From: a bacterium
GTDB lineage: Bacteria > Hydrothermota > 32-111
Length of the DNA stretch: 54,059 bases
Assembly (NCBI GenBank): GCA_050239825.1
Contig: JBFXGO010000007.1
Location: forward strand, 11,598 to 65,656
Direction: 5' to 3'
The translations under genes were made by a program, and so were the position numbers. This document shows, piece by piece, positions 18,775 to 25,457 of the stretch (the stretch's first letter is position 1; the number at the start of each line of letters is the position of its first letter). A model generated the notes under the pieces. That model was not told the DNA's origin and ran no database searches. It saw nothing but the letters and a program-made list of their open reading frames with translations.

Positions 18775-19449
18775 TTATTTTCTTCTGAAAAAAGAGAGAC
18801 TGAGATTAAGCTCCACTGAAAACGGACCGCTTGCCCAACCGATCTCTCTGTATGATACCTCCAACCCCAAAGAAGTGGCAATAAAAGATGATTGTTTTAA
18901 CATTGTCTCGTTTCCGATAATAATCGCGAGAGACCCGTATCTTCCGGTGCTGGAGTTTCCCTCCAGCATATTATAAGATTGCCATGCATTATACGCTCCG
19001 CGGATTTTCAAAGATGGATTTGCCTTTGTCTTTCCGCTGTAATTGCTTTTGAAAAAATCGAGAGAGGCTCCTATTGAGAGGTTGTTGAAGAAAAGCACAG
19101 AGGTCAATCCCACATCTCCGGTCAATGCGCAGGAAGGAATGGAACCTGATTCCTTAAAAATTTGTTTTGTTGCGAAAAAATCTGCAAAAAGAAATCCAAG
19201 GTATGCGCCGGTATTTATACCGTTTCCCCATCCTCTGCGAGCGTATAAAGCTATCGGAGGTGTCGTAATGACCATCTGCTCAATCTGTCCCGACATTATA
19301 TTCCCGCTCTCCTGCGCCACTGTGCCGGAGAGAACAAATGATCCACCCGTCTCTGTCTCACCCGGCTCCAATACCCTTGCAGAATGAAACAATGTCACGC
19401 AGTTGGTGAAGAGAAGAACCAATCCAATAAATCCAATTATCCGCCTCAT
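18775..19449 (-). CDS. Hypothetical lipoprotein, family A copy 3
   Basis: First 38 aa identical to A2; shares TPPI.L..R.GW..G.NTGAYLG, GASLD.FKS, GNE, WA.GP.S.ELNL with A2. Confidence 0.8.
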   Translation of the reverse strand: MRRIIGFIGLVLLFTNCVTLFHSARVLEPGETETGGSFVLSGTVAQESGNIMSGQIEQMVITTPPIALYARRGWGNGINTGAYLGFLFADFFATKQIFKESGSIPSCALTGDVGLTSVLFFNNLSIGASLDFFKSNYSGKTKANPSLKIRGAYNAWQSYNMLEGNSSTGRYGSLAIIIGNETMLKQSSFIATSLGLEVSYREIGWASGPFSVELNLSLSFFRRK

Positions 19450-19476
19450 GAAAAAATCATAGCACTTTTTTAAAAA
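19336..19476. repeat. Direct repeat R3 (lacks the plus-strand promoter half)
   Basis: 141 bp identical to 14978-15118; ends 1 nt from the HD-gene stop codon. Confidence 0.95.
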
Positions 19477-19477
19477 A

Positions 19478-20278
19478 TTACAAGTACTCCATCATCTCCT
19501 GACCTATCACTCCGGCGTAAAGTTCGATGTATGGTCTGACAGGGGAGGAGAGTATCTTCGGAAAGAGTACTGATTCAATCTGGAAGAATCCCACCGATTC
19601 GCTCATTTTCACATCTATTCTTATCGGCTTTCTGCTTCCTTTTGAAATTGAAAGGTCCTGAATCGCTGTTGACGAGTACCTGTGGATGTCTCCCACCTTC
19701 GGTTTTGTCTTTAAGAGAGTCGGGATCCTTGCTCTGCCCTTCTCCATATCGCATCCGTCTCCTATAAGCACAAGCCCGGCTTCAATCGAATGTATCTTCT
19801 GAGTTGCCATGTGTCCGGCTATTCCCTCCATAATAAGCGAGCGCAGTATTATTCTTTTTTCCGCCTCTGTCTTATAAATCTCCTTTAAGAGTCGGTCAAT
19901 TATGTTGACTGCAAATATCATTGAATAAATTTCATGGTTATCCCTTCCCACAGTCATGCCAATGTCATGGAGCATTGATGCCGTAAAAACTGCGACCTTG
20001 CTGTCCTCGACTGAGCCGACCTGCTCAGACACGAGTGAAAACTGAACGCCCGCATCCTTTAAAAGGTCGAACATTATCATTGAATTGAGTGATGCGGTTT
20101 TCATGTGGACAGGCCCGTGGTCATTGAACCCCAACCTCTTTATCGAGACAATGTTGGCATAATCCATCAGATATTTTATCTCAAAATCATTGAATATGAA
20201 ATTTGCCATCTCAAGGCATTTCCCGCTTAATCGTTTAAGAATCTCTCTTTCAAGAGCTGTCTCTTTTTTTGATTTCAA
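19478..20278 (-). CDS. HD-superfamily metal-dependent phosphohydrolase (COG3294-like)
   Basis: NDHGPVH, LHDIGM, DGCDMEKGRAR motifs; AAGGAG RBS before TTG start. Confidence 0.85.
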   Translation of the reverse strand: MKSKKETALEREILKRLSGKCLEMANFIFNDFEIKYLMDYANIVSIKRLGFNDHGPVHMKTASLNSMIMFDLLKDAGVQFSLVSEQVGSVEDSKVAVFTASMLHDIGMTVGRDNHEIYSMIFAVNIIDRLLKEIYKTEAEKRIILRSLIMEGIAGHMATQKIHSIEAGLVLIGDGCDMEKGRARIPTLLKTKPKVGDIHRYSSTAIQDLSISKGSRKPIRIDVKMSESVGFFQIESVLFPKILSSPVRPYIELYAGVIGQEMMEYL

Positions 20279-20290
20279 ATTGACTCCTTT

Positions 20291-23095
20291 TTATTTTATT
20301 GTGGCAGTAATGCCGAAATCGAGTCTCTTCAACTCTTCATTGTATGTGACAACCAAGCCCGGGTATATTGAGAGAATCGACATATTTACGCAGAGGTTTA
20401 CGGAAGCTCTGGAGACAAACTCTCTCTTTTTCTCGTAAAAATTGTACCCTGCCAGCTGACTTAAAGAGACGGAGAGGTAATCAAACCTAACGGGGAGGGA
20501 TTCCATGAATTTAAACGGAATTCCTCTGTTGATGAACATTATCGGCTTCACAAACCCTGCCTTTATGTAAGAAAAATCTCGGATGTACAATTCATTGCTT
20601 AGTCCGTCCTCCTCAGGAGTAAAAGAGAGCAAAGGCATCAAATCATTCACATTCATAAAAGAATAAAGCGGCGACTGAGTTAATATCCCTGAACGAGAAT
20701 AATAGAAATTTGCATTTAGAAATAAATTAAAATTCCAAACAGGACTCATGTAAAATGAGCTTTTCAGCGATATACCGTAATCAAACATTACGGTGTCAGT
20801 CAAAAACTGAGACACATACCACTCAGATGATGCAACAAAACCCTTTGACGGAGTGATGCTCAATATTGAACTTTCATAATCAGATATACCGGTCTCAAAA
20901 GAAATTCCTTTCGAAGTATATTTAAAAACTGTGTCGAATACCGATGTTACGGCTTTTCTATATGAAATTGCGGGGGTCATGTAAAACCCGGTAAATGGTT
21001 TCATCCGTTCAAAATTCATTATCAGAGAAACTTGATAATCGTTTGGTAAATAACTTTTCAATCCTTCGTATTCATTATCTAAGATGACTCTGTTGAAAGA
21101 TAATTGAAAAGCAATATCATTTTCGAAATGTGAAGAGGTCAGTTCAATGTATGAAGGGTATATGAAATTCTTTTCGGTGCCGAATATAAGGACTGTAGGC
21201 ATTGTCGAATAGTAGAGAGTTAAAGCCTGTGAAATATCGCTGTTCAAACCTATAAAGGGAAGTCCCATAATTGCAAATGAAGATATGGGGTCGGGCAATA
21301 TAAACGGCAAAAATGCGTATGCTCCGGGGCCGGAGAATCTTGGAAGAATGTATTTCCCATTCTCTTTAAGTGTTACTTCCTGTTTTTTCAGTGAAGCCGG
21401 TATAACTATTTCTTCAAGAGATATTTCTTCTTCATTTTGTTCAAGAACCTTTGAAGAGTAAATGTCATCGCCATTTCCGCTGATATCCTGAACATAGACA
21501 ATGTTGTTTTCTTCGTCAACAGAATATGACGATACATTATATAATGAATTATATATCTTTCTGATTTTCTTTGATGCAAGGTCGTAGAAATAGACAGCGT
21601 TAACTTTGCTTCTGTCGGATATAAAATAGAATCCGTTATTGTTAACGCTCCACTGAGGCGAATGGTCTGTGGCAAGATCGGAAGTGAGAAACTCAATCTC
21701 TTTGGTAGTCATGTCGTACAGCACTATGTCTGTGAATCCTCCCTCTCTGTAGCATGAGATGAGGATGTTCTTTTCGTCTTTCGCCGAAATTGTATAGTAT
21801 TTGAAATCCTCTCCAAGCGAGAATGAATCAACCGCCAACCTCTTTGAGATGGAGTATACAATTATTTTCTGCTTATTGAATTGGTTGCGGATGAAAAGCA
21901 GAGTATCTCCGAATGCGTCTCCTCCGAAACCTCTCTTTGTGCCCTTCAGTTTTTCAAGTTTCGACTCTTTAATGTCATACTCATACATGTCAAAGAAGTA
22001 ATTCGTATTGTCATAAACATCCAGCATATCAATGTATATTTTATTATTGCGCACAGAGTAGTGCGTCGAGTAAGTCACTTTGAAAAGCTCCGTCTCCTCA
22101 TCATTCTCCCTTGCTACAAATCGCTTCTCTCTATGGGGGAATGATTTTATGTAGTAAAGTTTGTTATCAAAGCAGGATGGAAGCGAGTTATCAAAACCGA
22201 ATTCAGTCAGTTTTGTTCTTTCATTGAAAATCATATTTGATTTGAGGTTGTCTGTTCTCTTTTCAATATCCTTGTAAACATCATCAAGCGCATCCGATGG
22301 AAATGTCCCCATATTTGCGCGCGCCAGCAGGTCAGGGAATGCCACTGAAAAGGGAAGCAGGGAGCAAAAATCGAGGCGGGTGAGTCTGTCAGGGTTTGTA
22401 TTGTATTTTTCCCTATACTTATCCAGTATATATGGCCCGTAGAGGTATGGAAGCTCCGAATAAGGGAAGAATCTGTTGAAGTATGATGATGCATTTCCAA
22501 CAGGTTGTTTTGCAGAATCTAAAAGCATTGTCCTGAGAAGCGCTTCATATTTGGTGTCCTTCATTCTTCCTCTTCCGAGTATCGATTCATTGTAAACTGC
22601 GTAACCCTCAAGAAAATACATCGGATAAGCCGCGTTTGGAGCATAGAAGAGAGAGTTTCTTGTTATTGAAAGACATGAAGGCCTTGTCGCAGAGAGGTGC
22701 AGTGCGTGCGTAAGTTCGTGAGTCAGCACATACTCAACCCATTCGCCGTGCTTTGCTATGAATGTCGGGTCGGGATTTGCAAGATAGATGTTGACCATCG
22801 GATTAAGAAGGGGAGAGGATGAACCGTTCGGCACATCGGACTGGTCTGTGATAATCAGATTTATTTTTGTTCTGACTCTTGTGTGCATCAGATCCGACAG
22901 TGTGTCGTAAACACCTTCCGAGATTTTTGCAATTTCAGGGACAATATCCGATAATTCCTTTTTGTAAGTGTATGTGAAATGCTCTGACGATGAATACATC
23001 ACATCGCTCATGTCGTCAAACATCCTGAGAGATATTGTCTGCGAGGATAGCATTATTGACGGCAAAAGCATTAATAGTAAAAATAATTTTCTCAT
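20291..23095 (-). CDS. Large exported protein: zincin-like domain, TolB/PD40-like propeller, C-terminal beta-strand region
   Basis: Signal peptide; HELTH motif plus downstream EGYA; DHSPQWS..GFYFISDR repeat-like segment; amphipathic strands at C-terminus. Confidence 0.65.
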   Translation of the reverse strand: MRKLFLLLMLLPSIMLSSQTISLRMFDDMSDVMYSSSEHFTYTYKKELSDIVPEIAKISEGVYDTLSDLMHTRVRTKINLIITDQSDVPNGSSSPLLNPMVNIYLANPDPTFIAKHGEWVEYVLTHELTHALHLSATRPSCLSITRNSLFYAPNAAYPMYFLEGYAVYNESILGRGRMKDTKYEALLRTMLLDSAKQPVGNASSYFNRFFPYSELPYLYGPYILDKYREKYNTNPDRLTRLDFCSLLPFSVAFPDLLARANMGTFPSDALDDVYKDIEKRTDNLKSNMIFNERTKLTEFGFDNSLPSCFDNKLYYIKSFPHREKRFVARENDEETELFKVTYSTHYSVRNNKIYIDMLDVYDNTNYFFDMYEYDIKESKLEKLKGTKRGFGGDAFGDTLLFIRNQFNKQKIIVYSISKRLAVDSFSLGEDFKYYTISAKDEKNILISCYREGGFTDIVLYDMTTKEIEFLTSDLATDHSPQWSVNNNGFYFISDRSKVNAVYFYDLASKKIRKIYNSLYNVSSYSVDEENNIVYVQDISGNGDDIYSSKVLEQNEEEISLEEIVIPASLKKQEVTLKENGKYILPRFSGPGAYAFLPFILPDPISSFAIMGLPFIGLNSDISQALTLYYSTMPTVLIFGTEKNFIYPSYIELTSSHFENDIAFQLSFNRVILDNEYEGLKSYLPNDYQVSLIMNFERMKPFTGFYMTPAISYRKAVTSVFDTVFKYTSKGISFETGISDYESSILSITPSKGFVASSEWYVSQFLTDTVMFDYGISLKSSFYMSPVWNFNLFLNANFYYSRSGILTQSPLYSFMNVNDLMPLLSFTPEEDGLSNELYIRDFSYIKAGFVKPIMFINRGIPFKFMESLPVRFDYLSVSLSQLAGYNFYEKKREFVSRASVNLCVNMSILSIYPGLVVTYNEELKRLDFGITATIK

Positions 23096-23151
23096 ACCTT
23101 CTTCTCTCTTTCTTTTGTTATTGAATTTTTCATCATTAAGTATATTATAGT

Positions 23152-23952
23152 ATGTATATGAAAAGTCAAGAAGTGAAAATTAAAGCGGCATTTTCCCAAA
23201 TGGATATAGAGTTCGCCGATGTAAAATCCAATCTGCGTAAAATAACTGCGGATGCGGGAAAAACAGATGCCGATATAATAGTCTTTCCGGAGCTCTCTCT
23301 TTCAGGATACAGTATAGCCGGCAGAAAGAGACTCTCCTCTCTTTCCCAGGAAAAAGATTCATTTCTCTTTGACTGCATTGAAGCTCTCTGCATTTCAAGG
23401 GAAATTTCAGTTGTCTTCGGTTTTTCTGAAAAATACAAAGATAAAATCTACAATTCATCGATGCTGATAGATGAGAAGGGAAAGAGGCATGTTTACAGAA
23501 AAACACATCTCTTTTTTAATGAAAAAAAACTCTTTGACAGCGGAGACACCGGATTTTTCACTGTCGGAACAGGCCATGCAAGAGTCGGCATGATGATATG
23601 TTTTGACTGGTTCTTTCCGGAAGCTATGCGCTCTCTTGCTCTGAAAGGCGCAGATGTGATTCTGCATCCCTCAAATCTCGTGATGCCTTATTGTCAGGAT
23701 GCAATGAAAACAAGATGCCTTGAGAACAGGGTCTTTGCGGTCACTGCGAACAGAGTGGGAAGAGAGGGCGATTGTCTGTTCACGGGCAGAAGTCAAATTA
23801 CATCCCCGGATGGAGAAATCATCGCGAAGGGAGGCATAAAAAACCAAATAGTTTTGTCTGCCGATATGGATTTGAGTCAAGCGAGAGATAAGAAAATCAG
23901 CAGATTAAATGACCTCTTCAAAGACAGAAGGAGAGAGTATTATGTGCTGTGA
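23152..23952 (+). CDS. Nitrilase-family carbon-nitrogen hydrolase
   Basis: Glu-Lys-Cys triad motifs FPEL, YRKTHL, ICFDWFFPE; start may be 23158. Confidence 0.92.
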   Translation: MYMKSQEVKIKAAFSQMDIEFADVKSNLRKITADAGKTDADIIVFPELSLSGYSIAGRKRLSSLSQEKDSFLFDCIEALCISREISVVFGFSEKYKDKIYNSSMLIDEKGKRHVYRKTHLFFNEKKLFDSGDTGFFTVGTGHARVGMMICFDWFFPEAMRSLALKGADVILHPSNLVMPYCQDAMKTRCLENRVFAVTANRVGREGDCLFTGRSQITSPDGEIIAKGGIKNQIVLSADMDLSQARDKKISRLNDLFKDRRREYYVL

Positions 23953-24394
23953 GAAGCTTCCGTACTTTCCGAAATGCTTTGTCTGCGGGCAGGATAATCC
24001 AATAGGCATGAAGATGATTTTTGAGTATGATGCAAAAAGCGACAGTGTCAGAAGCAGTGTCACATTCAGCGATGACCATGTGGGATATGAAAACATTGTC
24101 CACGGAGGGTTGGTGACAATGGTTATGGATGAGGCAATGGCATGGATGTCAATAAAAAAAACCGGTCTAATGTGCCTTACAAGCACACTTGATGTGAAGT
24201 TTTCAAGGGCAGTCAAGAGCGGGATAGAGTACAAGGTAGAGGCAAAAACAACAGGTATAAATGATGAAAGAATATTGATGACTGCCTCTGTTTGCGATTC
24301 TGACGGCCAAATCTGCGCAGAGAGCAGGGGAAATTTCGTCATAATGAAGGGCAGAAGGTCTTCAATGATGAAAGAAAAAATGAAAACACATTAG
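23942..24394 (+). CDS. PaaI-family hotdog thioesterase
   Basis: CFVCG.DNPIG, HGG....MDEAM motifs. Confidence 0.85.
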   Translation: MCCEKLPYFPKCFVCGQDNPIGMKMIFEYDAKSDSVRSSVTFSDDHVGYENIVHGGLVTMVMDEAMAWMSIKKTGLMCLTSTLDVKFSRAVKSGIEYKVEAKTTGINDERILMTASVCDSDGQICAESRGNFVIMKGRRSSMMKEKMKTH

Positions 24395-24402
24395 GAGGAA
24401 AT

Positions 24403-24648
24403 ATGGCATTTGAAAGAGAAAAAGTAAAATCAATAATCTTCACTTCAGACCTTGAAATAACTGGAATGGTGCACATTCCGCCGGGAGGAAGGCTTACTGA
24501 TTTCATAAACAATCTCGCCAAGTCATTCATCCCTGTAACCGATGCGGACATCAAAACGCGTGATGGCCGCACATACCATACGGATTTGATGCAGCTCAAC
24601 AAAGACTACATCATCGTCATCATTCCCGAAGATTCAATAAAACTATAG
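24403..24648 (+). CDS. Small conserved hypothetical protein (DUF6812-like)
   Basis: AGGAGG RBS; I.G.VHIP...RLTDFIN....FIPVTDA....NK..I pattern. Confidence 0.7.
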   Translation: MAFEREKVKSIIFTSDLEITGMVHIPPGGRLTDFINNLAKSFIPVTDADIKTRDGRTYHTDLMQLNKDYIIVIIPEDSIKL

Positions 24649-24655
24649 CTATATA

Positions 24656-24870
24656 TAGGGACGGTGGTTGAAATAGTTGCAATTTTTAAGTCTGATCATT
24701 CAAATCATCACTATTAATGCTGATTTTAAGCGATGCTACTGTCTTTCCCGTGCTCACTTTTAGATTTTTTATTGTCAAATTATAATTGGTCCATTAATCA
24801 TACAAAGTGCCTGTTAATAATATATCCAATGTGATTTTTGTCACTGCAACTATTTCAACCACCGTCCCTA
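24656..24870. mobile_element. 215-bp non-autonomous MITE/REPIN-like element with perfect 26-bp inverted repeats
   Basis: TAGGGACGGTGGTTGAAATAGTTGCA (24656-24681) and exact reverse complement (24845-24870); the same repeats flank the transposase at 52065-52886. Confidence 0.85.
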
Positions 24871-24879
24871 AAAAATCTC

Positions 24880-24907
24880 TTGACATTGACGAAATATTTA
24901 ATATAAT
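24880..24907 (+). promoter_or_regulatory. Consensus promoter for the tRNA pair
   Basis: TTGACA(24880)-16 nt-TATAAT(24902), 15 nt before tRNA-Asn. Confidence 0.75.
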
Positions 24908-24922
24908 TCTTTATCTTGACAC

Positions 24923-24995
24923 TCCTCGGTAGCTCAGTCGGTAGAGCGAGTGGCTGTTAACCACCAGGTCGGGGGTTCGAGTCCCTCCCGGGGAG
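24923..24995 (+). tRNA. tRNA-Asn (GTT)
   Basis: Acceptor TCCTCGG/CCGGGGA, D arm AGCTCAGTCGGTAGAGC, anticodon loop CTGTTAA, GGTTCGAGTCC; CCA not encoded. Confidence 0.95.
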
Positions 24996-25187
24996 CATAA
25001 AAAGTTCTTTTTAATGCGACACGAAGACTCGAAGGTGAGCGAAGCTCACAGGAAGCGCGAGCTTCCGCCCAGGGGGTTTGATATCCGCGGACGCGGATGA
25101 TCCTGTCCCTCCCGGGGAGCATAAAAAGTTCTTTTTAATGCGACACGCAGACTCGAAGGTGAGCGAAGCTCACAGGAAGCGCGAGCT
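24981..25187 (+). repeat. tRNA-linked duplication: 83-bp copies at 24981-25063 and 25105-25187 (period 124 bp, 1 mismatch)
   Basis: GTCCCTCCCGGGGAGCATAAAAAGTTC...GGAAGCGCGAGCT repeated; includes tRNA-Asn 3' end. Confidence 0.9.
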
Positions 25188-25204
25188 GAACACAGTATCA
25201 TTTC

Positions 25205-25278
25205 GGGCCCATAGCTCAGCTGGTTAGAGCGGATGACTCATAATCATCAGGTCCCAGGTTCGATCCCTGGTGGGCCCA
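25205..25278 (+). tRNA. tRNA with CAT anticodon, most likely tRNA-Ile2 (lysidine)
   Basis: Fully paired GGGCCCA/TGGGCCC acceptor, anticodon loop CTCATAA, no three consecutive G-C pairs in the anticodon stem; CCA not encoded. Confidence 0.85.
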
Positions 25279-25457
25279 TTCAAAATTCAAAAACATCAAA
25301 AAAAGATTTAACCTCAATTTTTGTTTATTCCATTTAGAATATATTTTTAATCCACTGCATCCAAACTGCGCCTTCTGGTTTATAATCTTTCCTTCTTTCC
25401 CCTTGACTCTATTTATACTTTTATGCTATATTATATAATTATGCAAACGGAGAAAAT

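Noticed and set aside
10758..19449. Tandem filamentous prophages or plasmids of ~4.3 kb
   Set aside because: No Rep, Zot-like ATPase, small coat protein or integrase motif in any of the six families.
10068..19476. Shufflon/invertible locus
   Set aside because: All identical repeats are in direct orientation, so they would delete or duplicate rather than invert; no recombinase gene nearby.
10068..19476. Integron cassette array
   Set aside because: No attC-like palindromes between genes, genes lie on both strands with their own promoters, and there is no intI in the window.
10665..19476. Diversity-generating retroelement (TR/VR pair)
   Set aside because: Repeats are identical with no adenine-specific mismatches, lie at gene 5' ends, and there is no reverse transcriptase in the window.
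24934..25122. 62-aa minus-strand ORF
   Set aside because: Antisense to tRNA-Asn and its repeat; a typical shadow ORF.
24656..25187. CRISPR array
   Set aside because: The GTTGAAA-containing repeats are an inverted pair and the tRNA-linked repeat has only two long copies; no repeat-spacer periodicity and no cas genes.
25205..25278. Initiator tRNA-fMet
   Set aside because: Position 1-72 is paired (G-C) and the anticodon stem lacks three consecutive G-C pairs.
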